A stretch of 64,000 nt of DNA from Clostridiaceae bacterium (GTDB taxonomy: Bacteria > Bacillota > Clostridia > Oscillospirales > Acutalibacteraceae), in contig JAETSR010000007.1 in assembly GCA_021769555.1 (NCBI GenBank), positions 32,017-96,016 of the forward strand, given 5' to 3'. Under the pieces are notes generated by a model. That model was given only the letters and a program-made list of their open reading frames with translations. It did no database searches and was not told the DNA's origin. A program made the translations under genes and the position numbers. Below, piece after piece: positions 37,043 to 47,691 of the stretch. Each line of letters opens with the position of its first letter. Position 1 is the stretch's first letter.

Positions 37043-38260
37043 CTAGTTGAACATTCCGCTATCCACCCAGCCATATACCCACGAGCTGCTGTCGGTGTGG
37101 ATTAGGTGATAGGGGTGCTTTGCGCCTTTTGCAATGATGGTAATTTTGGCTGGCCCTGCTTTCGGGTTGCCTGCTGGGCTGCCCGCGCTGCTGCTCACAT
37201 AGTGTGGCCCGCCCTTGAATTGGACAACGTCGCCCACCTTGTAGTCCTTCTCGCCGGTATCGCTGTCTTTCTTCTCCTCCTTGGAGAGATCGTTTGCAAA
37301 GTTGAGTTTGAGAGACATCGTGTGCTTGTTGTCCTCGAAGGTGTGGGTATCTTCGTCAACATAAAATGTCCTGGAAAGCCCCAACTCTGGGATGATGATG
37401 TATACTCCAATGCCGGAGATAACGTCAGCTATTCCAGGCGCGGTAATGCTGAGGTTGCGTTTTGGGGTGCTCTTTTCTTCCAGCATACTGGAGACAAGCG
37501 CGTTTACCTGTGCAGTAGTGAGGCTTTCGTCCGGCTGTTCTATGTCTTGGAAAATGCCAATTTTGCTCTCAAGGGAGGCGACTGCCTTTTCTGCTATCGT
37601 CGTACCCTCTTTGGAAATCATCTTCATGCGGGTTTTGATGTCTTCTATGCTTTTCGAGTAATTATAATCAACAAGGTTCTTTCCCACCTCAATGACCCAC
37701 TGTAGAATATTCTCTCTGCGGGTTAGCAGGCTCAATTTGCCCTTGTCGCTGGACACATAGTGTCTTATCCCGGTGGCATCGAAATCAAGGCTTAGGGCGT
37801 CTGTGATGGCGTCAAATGCGGTAGTTTTTGGCTTAGTAAGTTCGGGAATTTTATAGGAGCAGCCCGCAACCTCCCCGGTAGGAATATTAAACCGCTTGCA
37901 GCAGTCTTTGAAAATGTCGCTCGCAGTTTTGTTCTCGTACTGGAATGTATCCTTATTATTTGCCAGATATATTCCGTTATCGTAAGCGGTGAAAGTGAGC
38001 TGCTTTTTGTTGTTCTGGGACTGTGACATCAGAATACCACGAAAACGCTCTTGACCGTCTACGCTAAATATACACTGGTTCCCGGCCTCAACGTCAATCC
38101 CGCTCCGGGCGTGTTTGTAGCCGTCGTCGTCCATTAGGGTGGCCGAAAGCGTTCGAGAGGAGGAGCCCTTGCGCCCTTTCCACTTGATTTTTTCCACAAG
38201 CTGGGTAATGTCGCTCCCCTGAGTACCCTTTAGAAGGATAAGGCTAACTCCATCTTTCAT
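37043..38260 (-). CDS. XkdQ-like baseplate hub with C-terminal SH3-like domain
   Basis: LTFTAYDNGIYLANNKD; FYVDEDTHTF; C-terminal PYHLIH...GWVD. Confidence 0.85.
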   Translation of the reverse strand: MKDGVSLILLKGTQGSDITQLVEKIKWKGRKGSSSRTLSATLMDDDGYKHARSGIDVEAGNQCIFSVDGQERFRGILMSQSQNNKKQLTFTAYDNGIYLANNKDTFQYENKTASDIFKDCCKRFNIPTGEVAGCSYKIPELTKPKTTAFDAITDALSLDFDATGIRHYVSSDKGKLSLLTRRENILQWVIEVGKNLVDYNYSKSIEDIKTRMKMISKEGTTIAEKAVASLESKIGIFQDIEQPDESLTTAQVNALVSSMLEEKSTPKRNLSITAPGIADVISGIGVYIIIPELGLSRTFYVDEDTHTFEDNKHTMSLKLNFANDLSKEEKKDSDTGEKDYKVGDVVQFKGGPHYVSSSAGSPAGNPKAGPAKITIIAKGAKHPYHLIHTDSSSWVYGWVDSGMFN

Positions 38261-38273
38261 TGGCCGCGCCTCC

Positions 38274-38942
38274 TTATGGTATCGTTAATACTTGCCCGCC
38301 GTATATCAGGTTGGGATTCCCTCCAATCACCCCTTTGTTGGCGTTGTAAATCTTCGTATATTGGCTACCGTCGCCGTAAAATTTCTTGGCAATATTCCAG
38401 AGGCAGTCTCCGGCCTTTACTGTATAAGTCTTTGGCTTTACAGTATTATCCACTCGGGGCTCCTCCTTCTTCACAGTTGCCTTTTTGGTGGGAATGTCCA
38501 CCTTTACCTGCCGTACCGTGATTTCCCTGTACTCCTTCAATGAGATGCTGTACTGGTAGGTGCCAGGGTCGCCGCCCTCCTCGGAATAGTCGAAACTCTC
38601 TATGGTGACAAAAAGGTCTATCCCGCAGGCGGTCGCTATGAAGTGAACAGGCTTTTTGCTTGCTTTCCAAGTGTTGATTCGCTCCACCAGTTCAAGAGGT
38701 TTGGTGATTTTTGCAACCTTAATGCCTGGAAATCTGGTGGCCGGAAAAAAACTGGAAAAACTAAATTGCAGGGCTGGGCGGCTCTGCAGGATAACGACCT
38801 CTCCCAGCCCTGTAATGTCCATACTGTCATTTTTGCTCCCGTTGCGCGTCTGGAAAGAGGTAGGGAGTACCGGGAGCTGTATTTTCTCCTTCTCTGCGTT
38901 GTAGGAGAGCCACATTTGGTAATTCGGGGAATTAGTAGTCAT
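38274..38942 (-). CDS. LysM protein (XkdP-like)
   Basis: YTVKAGDCLWNIAKKFYGDGSQYTKIYNAN. Confidence 0.9.
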   Translation of the reverse strand: MTTNSPNYQMWLSYNAEKEKIQLPVLPTSFQTRNGSKNDSMDITGLGEVVILQSRPALQFSFSSFFPATRFPGIKVAKITKPLELVERINTWKASKKPVHFIATACGIDLFVTIESFDYSEEGGDPGTYQYSISLKEYREITVRQVKVDIPTKKATVKKEEPRVDNTVKPKTYTVKAGDCLWNIAKKFYGDGSQYTKIYNANKGVIGGNPNLIYGGQVLTIP

Positions 38943-41900
38943 AGGCCATATCTCCCTCCTCGAAGACCTCCTCCTGGAGAATGTTCATAAACACTGACTT
39001 GGCGTTGTCCATAAGCACGTCGAGAATGGTATTCTTGTCCACGCCGGTGCTACCACCGACTTCCATACGCCCACTGCCGGAAATCTCAAGGAATATTCTC
39101 TTGATTTGCTCGCCAGCGCTCTGGCGGCTCCCGCTGTCTCCTCGGGATTCCATCAGAATGGGGGAGGGCTCTGGCCGGTCGTTTAGGGCGTGTATAAGCC
39201 TGTCGGTTTCCTCTGTGGGGAATACAGTGCTGCCCTGCTGCCCGAGAATGAGTTCCGGTCCATCATCCCCGGCTATAAAGGCGTTCGGGCTCTCTGTCGT
39301 GCCGTTTGCAAAGGCATCTACTTTTCGGATAATCAGCTCCGGCCCATCCTCGCCAGCGACAAATGCGTTTTCTGCGTTTGTGGTGCCGCTTGCATGGCCG
39401 GGAACTGTGCCGCTGGTATTTACCCTTAGATTGAGAGCCGCTTGTGTCTGTAGGGCCGCTGCAACCGCAGTAGCGACCTCCCTGGCAGCCGCAACAGCGG
39501 CCCCCTTTGAGTTGCGTATGGAGCTGACGTATGCGTTAATGGTGGCCGTAGCCGAAGCTGCTGCCTCGTCGCTCAGGTTCATACCCTCGACGGTTTCCTG
39601 CATTTCTCGCTCTATTTCGTCCATCTGGGAGGTGAAGTCTGTGACCCAATCGGCGGTAGTGGCGGCAATTTCCTGCTGCTTTGCGCTGACCTCTCCGACC
39701 GTGTTTGCGAGCTCTGCGACGGCCTCTGTGTTGCCGCTGTTGATTGCCTCTGCCATGCTGGCGGATAGTCCTGCGGCCTCCTCTGTGCCCCCCTGGGCGT
39801 ATGCCATTAGAGCCTCATAGTTTTCCTGCGTAATGCCTAAGTCGGCTGCAGACGTGCTTTTAAGCACTTCTATGTTGGCTTGATAGTTGTTCCAGTAGGC
39901 GAGCTGGCTGTCGAGCGCGGCCTGGGCGTTTGCCACGGTGGCGTTCATGTACTCCTCAGATTCCATGGACGCCTGGTCGAAAAGGCCGAACTGTCCTTCC
40001 ATACTGGCAAGCGCGGATTGGTAGACTTCATCGTAGGCAGCGCACAGCTCGTCAATCCGTTCCTTCGTACTCTCAATGGCTGCGCTTACGGCCTCCTCAT
40101 AGGTGGGGGGTACCTCTGCTGCGGCCTCCTCTGCTTCTGCGAGTTTCCCCCAATACTGCTCAATCTCTGCAATACCGGCCTCGTTCTCTGCTATGCTGGC
40201 GTTGAGCTCATCTATGGCCTCCCGGTATGACTTAATGTCCGTTTGCCAAGCTGTGGCCCACTCGCCGCTGTAGGTGCCGTCCCCGTTGTCAATGATGTTG
40301 TTTGCCTCGAGCTCGGCATTGTAGTTCGCCTGAGCCTTTGCAAGCTCCTCGGTCAGTTCTTCGCGCTTGAGCAGCGCCTCTACATACGCGTCCTGGGCCT
40401 GCTCCATGCGCTGCTGTTCTGCCTGCTGCTCGCAGGCTTGGCGCATTGCCTCTGCGAAATCCACGGCGCTCCCGGAGGTCTTTTCGAACTGGGCGGCCAG
40501 GTCGGGGTAACTCTCCGCAAGCCTTTTTGTGACTGCTTCAAGCTCCTTCTCTTGGGCTCCCGTGAGGTTTGTCTGTGTGGCAAGGTCTTCATATTTTTGG
40601 ATAAGGGAAAGCGCTCCCAACTCCTGAGTGTGAATGTCCTCTGTACCGCTGTTATACTCTGTCCAGAGCTTATCAACACTCTCACATAGCGCGTCAACCT
40701 CTGCGGTGAACTCCTCGACCGTCTGGCGGCTGGCCTCAAAAGCTGCGGACAAATCGTCCACCTGGTACTTGAGCCGGGACGCCTCCTAGGAGGTCTCTCC
40801 GTACTTTTCGCAAGCCTCCTCGTACTCTGCGTTGAGGTCTTGGAGCTCATAATACTGGTTACGGGTAACTGCGGTCATGCCTGCGGTTTCGTCCTCGGCG
40901 TCCTCCATCATTGCGATAAAGGCTGCCCCCGCTGCAACAACTGCAGTTAACCCAATAGCTACCCAGCCCACCGGGCCAAGAGCAACATTAAGAGCCACGC
41001 CAAAGGTTGTTATTGCGGGGATTGCAACGGTTGTTGCGAATGAAACTGCCGCTATTCCGGCAGATACGGTTCCTATGCCTACCCCAACTGCAACGATAGC
41101 CTTGGTGAGCGTAGGGTGCTCATTGAGAAAATCACCCACGCCATTCATGACGTTGGCAAACCCGCTGGAAACCTTGTCAAGTGATGGCTGCAAGGCCTTA
41201 GTGAAAGCAGTGCTAATATTGTTGCTGGCCTTTTGCCATTTTTCCGAAAGGCTCTCTCCCGCTTCGGCGGTTTTCGCCAGTGTTCCGTCTGCTTCCTCCA
41301 GGGTGGCGGTAAAAGTGTCAACAGATACCGTACCGCTCCCGATTGCAGAAGCAAGCTGTTGCCCTGCTCTGCTCCCGAATGTTTCCACTGCGAGCGCGGT
41401 CGCGTCGGCGGCGTTCTCCATTCCGGCTATCTCTGCTATGACTTCCTGCAAGGCAGTTCCAGCGTCCTTGCCATCTTTTGAGAATCCGGTGACGGCGGTT
41501 CGCATGGCCGTGATGGCTGTGGTGCTGTTTATGCCTGCCAGCTCAAAGTCGGCCAGCATTTGGATGGTGCTGTCAAGGGAAAGCCCCGCCTGCTGGAAAG
41601 AGGCTGCGCCCGTAATGAGCGTGTTGCTTAGGGTGTCTACCGAAGCGCCGGAAATCTGCCCAGCATAAGCGAGCCTGTCCATTACCCTCTCTACGTCTTG
41701 GCCCTCGACGCCCCACTGGTTCATGACCTTAGTGACGTTTTGTACCGAGCCGACGACGTTTGTGCCAGTGATGTCCGCGAAGTCCAAAAATTTCCCGGTT
41801 ACGTCTGTAAGGGCGTCCCCGGTCAGGCCCATGCGCGTGTTGATCTCGCCAACCGCTGCCGCAGCGTCTTGCAGTGAATCATCGTTTCCGGCATACGCTT

Positions 41901-42525
41901 CGAGCATACTACTCCCGAGGCTGTCAAGAGCTGCCCCGGTTGCTCCTGTCGCATTTACGACAACCTTTTCGGCCTCGCTGTAAGCGTCAACGAGCTCGTA
42001 GGCTGCCTCAGATATCTCTTTTATTGTGGCGGTGATTCCCGCCGCCGCAAGGGCGCTGGCTATGCTATTTACAGCGCTGGTGCCTTTGTCTCCCATTTCC
42101 TCCTGAGCCTGTCCGGTCTCCTCGCTCTGCTCTGCCATCTTGTCGAGCGCTTCCTCTGCCTCCTGGGCTGCCGTCTGCTCAGATTCAAGTGCCTCCTGCG
42201 TCTTGTAGCCCATTTCGACAAGCTCCTCGGTGGTGTAAATGGCCTCAAGCGCAGATTTGTCATAGTTCCCGATGGCGTCAGTCCAGTAGTCCGTTTGGTC
42301 GGCAGCGTCGCTGGCCGATGTGCTATATGAAGTCAGAGAGGTGGCTACCCCATCAACGGACGAGGCAGTGGCTGTCGCGCTGCTTACAATCCCGTCAAAG
42401 GCCCCGCTTGCGGTATCTCCGGCCTGTTCAAACTGCTCCACCATGGACATACCCGCTTGTGATACGTTGGCAATGGCGTCGCTCATCCTGTCCACTAAGC
42501 TGAATACTGCGGTTAGGTTTGGCAC
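38932..42525 (-). pseudogene. Tape measure protein interrupted by an in-frame TAG at 40786-40788
   Basis: ORFs 40786-42525 and 38932-40761 share one frame: ...YGETS*EASRLKYQVDDL... Confidence 0.88.
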
Positions 42526-42597
42526 TGTTCCACCTCCCGAATTTTATTTACAAAAGAAAAAGGCTCCGCGCTAGGCGAAGTCTTTTTTACATATTCC

Positions 42598-43356
42598 TTA
42601 TTCTGCAATCCCAGCTTTAGCTTTATTGCGGGCATCCAATTCCTTCTCCCAATCGTCGCCCATCTCCTCAAGGGCCTCTTGGCGAATCCTCTCTCGCTCC
42701 TCAGAAGTTAAGCCAAGGATTGAGTTGAGCCGTTTTCGCTCGTCAATCCGTTCTTTTTCCAAGATTACATCAAGATGTTCAACCTCTCTCTGAGCGCGTT
42801 CCGCATTTATGTCATCGTGATTAAGCCGGTACAGTCTAGCCAGCCATGCAGTGGCAGCGCGTTTTTGACCGGTTTCGTGTTCAGAAGAAATTCTTTCGGA
42901 TAGTAGCCGAATGAGTAGGCGTAAATCGTCTTCCTGGCTGTCCATCTGGGCTGCCATTATTTTTTCTGGTTCAAGAAGGTTTGTACTGCCTAAAACGTCA
43001 TAATAGCGCAATAAAGCGCTGTTTGTTGTTACAGTTTCCTGTCCACATTCTGTCAAAATGTACCGTAGGGGGATGTTTGCTGCCTCCAATTCGGATTCAG
43101 AATAAATCTGCCCTACGCGCTCAATGAGTTCCGCTTTTTTTCTGCCAGCTTTAGCGCCTTTGGATTTTAGCAGGCTGCGGAGAGTTTGCATATCGGAGTA
43201 GGGCAGGCTTTGCATAAATGTTCCGACACGCAAATACCCTTCATTGCACAATTTGGCAATTGTTTCCGGGTACCCGGCAATATAGACCACATCATCCTGC
43301 GTTCGCCCTGTGGCCTTGCTTAATATTCTTATTTCCTCTGGTGACAACACATACAA
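42598..43356 (-). CDS. Moron protein with SAP-like motif and MuF-like C-terminal tail
   Basis: LRSLLKSKGAKAGRKKAELIERV; C-terminus matches that of the MuF gene. Confidence 0.75.
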   Translation of the reverse strand: MYVLSPEEIRILSKATGRTQDDVVYIAGYPETIAKLCNEGYLRVGTFMQSLPYSDMQTLRSLLKSKGAKAGRKKAELIERVGQIYSESELEAANIPLRYILTECGQETVTTNSALLRYYDVLGSTNLLEPEKIMAAQMDSQEDDLRLLIRLLSERISSEHETGQKRAATAWLARLYRLNHDDINAERAQREVEHLDVILEKERIDERKRLNSILGLTSEERERIRQEALEEMGDDWEKELDARNKAKAGIAE

Positions 43357-43375
43357 TTCTTATCCCTCCAAACCG

Positions 43376-43894
43376 CTACAGGACTATCTTCTCGTACTTA
43401 TACCGCCATATATATTTTCCTGCCCGTTTCTGCTTTCCTCTTAAACAAGCGTTTATGCTGGGGAGGCTTACGCCAGTTGCCCTTGCTGCTGCGCTCTGGC
43501 CGGGGAACTCTGCAATCACTGACATAGTCTCGGGGTTTATCTGCAATATGGGAGTGCGGCTCCCATTCTTGGCAGTAGCCCTGGCGGTTCTACTGCCATA
43601 GTTGGTGTTCTCCTTTGGAGTAGCCCACTCAAGATTGCTGGCCCGGTTATTTTCGGGGTTTTCGTCCTTGTGGTTGACCTGCGGCTTTCCTTCCGGGTTT
43701 GGTACAAACGCCTCTGCCACAATTCTATGCAGCCTGAGCGACTTTCTTACTCCGTTCTTGCCCACAAGAGAAATCTGCATATATCCATGCTTTTTTCTTG
43801 TGGGCTCGAGAACACGGATTCGCTTGATTCTTCCGAGGTTGCTGACCTCGTATAGACCTTCATACCCAACTACCGGTTTCCATGTTTCTTTCAT
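43376..43894 (-). CDS. NUMOD4-HNH endonuclease with NUMOD1-like C-terminus
   Basis: ETWKPVVGYEGLYEVSNLGRIK; LHRIVAEAF...VNHKDENPENN..NLEW. Confidence 0.9.
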   Translation of the reverse strand: MKETWKPVVGYEGLYEVSNLGRIKRIRVLEPTRKKHGYMQISLVGKNGVRKSLRLHRIVAEAFVPNPEGKPQVNHKDENPENNRASNLEWATPKENTNYGSRTARATAKNGSRTPILQINPETMSVIAEFPGQSAAARATGVSLPSINACLRGKQKRAGKYIWRYKYEKIVL

Positions 43895-43902
43895 GGGGGG
43901 CC

Positions 43903-44295
43903 TCAGCGCTTACTCAATCCCGCCTTATCCGCGAGGTCATTTCGTGCTTTAAGAATTTTATCGTAAGTATCAGAAGTTCCCTTTAGGCTATCATTGAAGA
44001 TGTCTGACGAAAGAAGTGTTATCGAGGTGCTAATCGAGAAATCTGCGGCCTTATGAGCGTCACCGGTTTCAAGGTTATCGACGTACTCCATTTCGTCCTT
44101 GAGCTTGGACAGTTTTTCGCTTGCTTCACTATAGCTCAGCTTACTATCAAGATAATCATCTGCAACTCCTACTGCGCTTTTAGCCACAGAGATTGCCTTG
44201 TCGCTTGCTTTTGTTTTCCCTCCACATGAAGAAAAGGTTAGAAGAACTAGGATAAGGGGGAGGACGATAATAAAGAATCTGCGGAGATGTTTCAT
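43903..44295 (-). CDS. Moron lipoprotein
   Basis: MKHLRR, hydrophobic stretch, lipobox FSSC; has its own promoter. Confidence 0.8.
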   Translation of the reverse strand: MKHLRRFFIIVLPLILVLLTFSSCGGKTKASDKAISVAKSAVGVADDYLDSKLSYSEASEKLSKLKDEMEYVDNLETGDAHKAADFSISTSITLLSSDIFNDSLKGTSDTYDKILKARNDLADKAGLSKR

Positions 44296-44327
44296 GGGGT
44301 GCCTCCTGTTGATTTTTTACAATTTGT

Positions 44328-44358
44328 ATTATACGCCCCCCCCCCCCCTGTTTGTCAA
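44328..44358 (-). promoter_or_regulatory. Moron promoter with a poly-G13 spacer
   Basis: TTGACA-AACA-G13-CG-TATAAT, 19-bp spacer. Confidence 0.85.
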
Positions 44359-44383
44359 TAGTTTTCGGGAAAATTGACGGAAA

Positions 44384-45015
44384 TTACTTGTAAGTATCGT
44401 GCCGGACGGGGTGCTCCCCTTCCTCAATTTCCGAGGCCATATAAAAGAGCTGCGTTCTCCGGGGCATAGCCTCGAACTCCTCCATCCGTAGTCCATGTCT
44501 TTGCCAGAGAACGTGAGCCCAGTAGGCGGTACTCCCGGCCTCGCGGATTAGTTTTTTGCGTCGTCCAGCTCCTCGTCGTCATTAACCTCCTTGGAAAGCC
44601 CCAGCACCCTCATTACCATCCGGACGACGTGCTGGTACTCGTCGGTACGGAGGAATACCTTGAGCGGCATTTCCGTGATGTCGAGGCAGCCGTAATATTC
44701 CATGAGCTCTTTGTCCTGCAGGTTGGGGTACTGCAGCGCCTCGGCAATGATGTGGCGGGTCGCCCGAGCGCTGTCCTTTTCGGTCTTCCAGACGACCTCG
44801 CCGAGGGCAATCAGCGGATTCCCTTTCTTGTCGGTCGCCATGCTGCGCTTACGGTAGGCGTCGTTGATTTGGTTAATGCGCTCCTGGGAGAGCACCTTAA
44901 CCTCGAGCTGGATAACTTTCCCATCATCATCCTTGATGGTCTCCGGGCCGGGGACGGTGACGATTTCGGGCTCACGGTTTCTCATAAAATACTTCAAACT
45001 TTTCTTGTCTGCCAT
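44384..45015 (-). CDS. Tail assembly chaperone (XkdN-like; short form 44548-45015) with predicted -1 frameshift extension to 44384
   Basis: A AAA AAC at 44551-44557 just before TAA; the -1 frame gives LIREAGSTAYWAHVLWQRHGLRMEEF...TYK. Confidence 0.8.
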
Positions 45016-45084
45016 GATAATCTGCTCCTTTTATAAAAATGGGGGATAGCCCCTCCTCTCTGCGGAAGGGGCCTCCCTGTGCGT

Positions 45085-45513
45085 TTAGATGAAATCCTTA
45101 GCGGAAAAGGCTATGTTATCCTCCAAGACCTGGCCCTCGCTGTCCAGGTCTAAGAGCGTGAGATCGCCGGTCAGGACGACGCCCACGGCAGTAATAACCT
45201 CGCTGCCGAACTGCTTGTAGAAGTCGCTCTGCTTGTCCTCCATGATACCCTGGATGGTCATTTCCGGGGTCTCGTGGGTTTCCTGGTAATACTTGATTTT
45301 TTCCTTGAGCCACATGGTGTTGCGGCGGCGGGTAATAGTGCCGGTGATAGAATAGCCAAGCCACCGGGTGCTGGGGGTTATCTCCCCAAGCTGTCTGCCG
45401 CTCCAGGTGTCCGGGGTCATTTTGATGTTGCACTTGATACTGTCCATGATTTCGACACCATCAAGGAACACGTGGCCCTCGCGCACGGAAATCGGGGAAT
45501 GATTGTATTCCAT
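45085..45513 (-). CDS. Tail tube protein (XkdM-like)
   Basis: ISVREGHVFLDG; position after the sheath. Confidence 0.85.
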   Translation of the reverse strand: MEYNHSPISVREGHVFLDGVEIMDSIKCNIKMTPDTWSGRQLGEITPSTRWLGYSITGTITRRRNTMWLKEKIKYYQETHETPEMTIQGIMEDKQSDFYKQFGSEVITAVGVVLTGDLTLLDLDSEGQVLEDNIAFSAKDFI

Positions 45514-45525
45514 AAATTATCCTCC

Positions 45526-46932
45526 TTATCTGGTGTTGACGGTGAAGTACATTTTTTCAGCGCTGTCAACCGCCTGCAGGCCGATGTTGAAGAATGTCTC
45601 GTCGTCGTAGCTGGCCTCCCGGTCTACCAGGAAGTCCCGGCTATAATCGACATTGGTAATGGCTCCGGCCTCGTAGAACAGCTTGAGAATGGTGTTCCCC
45701 AGACCCTCCATGATGTCCCAGCCGCGAGGTTCGTTGTCGAACTTGTTGGGCGGGAAGTTGACCTTAACATATTCCTGGAAGGTGTCGAATACGCGGATGA
45801 CGCGATTCTTGCGGTAGCTCTTGTCTTTCTTGTTCTGCTTTGAGAAGGTGGTGAGGGAGTTGATGTCGTACTCGACCACGACCTCGTCCTCCTCGTTGAC
45901 GGAGAAGAAGAACTCGCCAGCCTTGATGGCGGCGATAGCCTCGTCGTTGCTCTTAGGCCCGACAACAGCCGTCGCTCCTTCGTACAGGTTGTAGGTCAGG
46001 CTCTCGATGTAAGAGGCCCCTGCGGTCGCTCCGGCCACCCAGGCGCATACCTCGGCAGTGCTCAGGTCGTTCCCATCAATGGAGATACTGTTCGTGACAT
46101 TGATAATGCCCTCGTAGTCCATCCGGCCTGCGTTGGGAATAACAGCCTGTACGCCTCTGCCCATGCTGTCTCTCATATACTTGATTTTGGTGAGCACGGC
46201 CTGTTTGACATTCGTCGCCTCCTGGCCGTCGAAGGGGAAACACACCGTATTAAAGCGAATGCTCTCCCATGCGTCAATGAAGGCGGTGATATCGGCGTTG
46301 GTGGTCTCCTCATCGGTACCGCCGGACAGGTTCGTGCCTGCGGCCTCTCCGAGGCTGCCTGTGCCCTTGAAGTCCAGGTACGGGTTATTCTGCTCGATAA
46401 GCTCCTCGATGGTCTCCAGGCCCTCGTATTCCGTAACCTTTGCACCGTCAAGATGGACAAGGACATCATAGCCTCCCAGAGGGTTGGCGTCCACGGTCAC
46501 CGTGAATGCGTTGCCCCTTGTGCCGCCGTACTTGGCAATGGCTGTAAGGGTGTTTGTGGTGGCCGACGCTCCTTCGCTTCCCGGGTCTGCGGGAATAGAC
46601 ATGGAGATTTCCGCCTGCGCCTCTTTGCCCTCGCTCATGACATAGACGTAAACGGTGGTAGCCCGCTTGAACGCCTCTCGAATGAGCAACATCTGGCGGT
46701 TGGGGTCATCGTCGTAGATACTGTAGCCAAATGTGGCCGCTCCTGCGTCCGGGCTTTCATTTGTCAGTTTGATAAACTGCTTACCAGGGCCATAGTTGGC
46801 TTTCGGGAGCGGGACAATAACGGTTCCTCTGGTGCCTGCTCCAACTACGGCAATATCCCGGCTGCTCTCGAAGTTCATATAAGTGCCCGGGCGCACCTTC
46901 CCGACGGCCTTGTCGAACTTTCCTCCTGCCAT
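45526..46932 (-). CDS. Tail sheath protein (XkdK-like)
   Basis: MAGGKF...KVRPGTYMNF; VEYDINSLT; YRKNRVIRVFD. Confidence 0.92.
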   Translation of the reverse strand: MAGGKFDKAVGKVRPGTYMNFESSRDIAVVGAGTRGTVIVPLPKANYGPGKQFIKLTNESPDAGAATFGYSIYDDDPNRQMLLIREAFKRATTVYVYVMSEGKEAQAEISMSIPADPGSEGASATTNTLTAIAKYGGTRGNAFTVTVDANPLGGYDVLVHLDGAKVTEYEGLETIEELIEQNNPYLDFKGTGSLGEAAGTNLSGGTDEETTNADITAFIDAWESIRFNTVCFPFDGQEATNVKQAVLTKIKYMRDSMGRGVQAVIPNAGRMDYEGIINVTNSISIDGNDLSTAEVCAWVAGATAGASYIESLTYNLYEGATAVVGPKSNDEAIAAIKAGEFFFSVNEEDEVVVEYDINSLTTFSKQNKKDKSYRKNRVIRVFDTFQEYVKVNFPPNKFDNEPRGWDIMEGLGNTILKLFYEAGAITNVDYSRDFLVDREASYDDETFFNIGLQAVDSAEKMYFTVNTR

Positions 46933-46933
46933 T

Positions 46934-47128
46934 TTATTTCACCCCTTTCTTTTTCCAATCCTCAATGTGGGCTTTCATTTCCTCCACGGAGTATCTGCCC
47001 TTCATTCCTACGGTCGCGCCAACAAATGTACTTGTGGACACGCCGAAAAGGGCTCGGCAGTTCTCCTGGAGCTTGCTTAACTCGAACTTGCGCGGCGCTG
47101 CTGCGCCGGTCTTGCCTTTTTCAGCCAT
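46934..47128 (-). CDS. Small structural-region protein
   Basis: GGAGG SD; MAEKGK...KFELSKLQENCRALFGV. Confidence 0.7.
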   Translation of the reverse strand: MAEKGKTGAAAPRKFELSKLQENCRALFGVSTSTFVGATVGMKGRYSVEEMKAHIEDWKKKGVK

Positions 47129-47151
47129 TGCATGGCCTCCTTTCCCCGGTG

Positions 47152-47685
47152 TTATCCGGGCTGATTTGTCGGGATGGCGTACTTCTCCAAAGCCCTTGCG
47201 CACTCGTCTGAAATGGTCTCCCCAGACTTCATGAATACGTTCAAGTCGATTGAGCTGGCCTTTGTTTTGGGAGCTACAGTGTCGTCATACGGTCTACGGC
47301 TGCGCCAGCTTATGGTGAGCTGCGCTGCGCCGTCGTCCACTACCTTTAGACTGGGGTCGTCAACACGTACCCACTCTCCGGAAATCGCGTTTCCCTGCTC
47401 CTCGATAAGAGGGATGAGGTTACGCGCCGCCCGGATTGAGGTGAGCACTGTCTGTCCCATGGAATAGGCCCCCTGCTCTGTCCTGTGGAAAAACTTGATG
47501 TACCACACATAGTCCAGGTAGTAGGTGGAAAAAGTTTCGCCGCCGCTGGAAATCTCTGGGACGGGAAAGTGGACGGCTGGAATGCTGAAATGTTGCGGTA
47601 CGTTCCAGTAGTAGGGCGCTGGCCCTCCGGCTTTTTCGGCCACGTATTTTATAATGCTTGCCATTTCCTGCTCTATCATCCGCAT
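47152..47685 (-). CDS. Probable tail terminator (XkdJ-like)
   Basis: Synteny between the HK97 gp10-like gene and the sheath. Confidence 0.6.
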   Translation of the reverse strand: MRMIEQEMASIIKYVAEKAGGPAPYYWNVPQHFSIPAVHFPVPEISSGGETFSTYYLDYVWYIKFFHRTEQGAYSMGQTVLTSIRAARNLIPLIEEQGNAISGEWVRVDDPSLKVVDDGAAQLTISWRSRRPYDDTVAPKTKASSIDLNVFMKSGETISDECARALEKYAIPTNQPG

Positions 47686-47691
47686 GGCCCC

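Noticed and set aside
38932-42525. Alternative genetic code (TAG=Gln) in the phage
   Set aside because: Only one internal TAG was seen; several genes end properly in TAG; no suppressor tRNA is in the window
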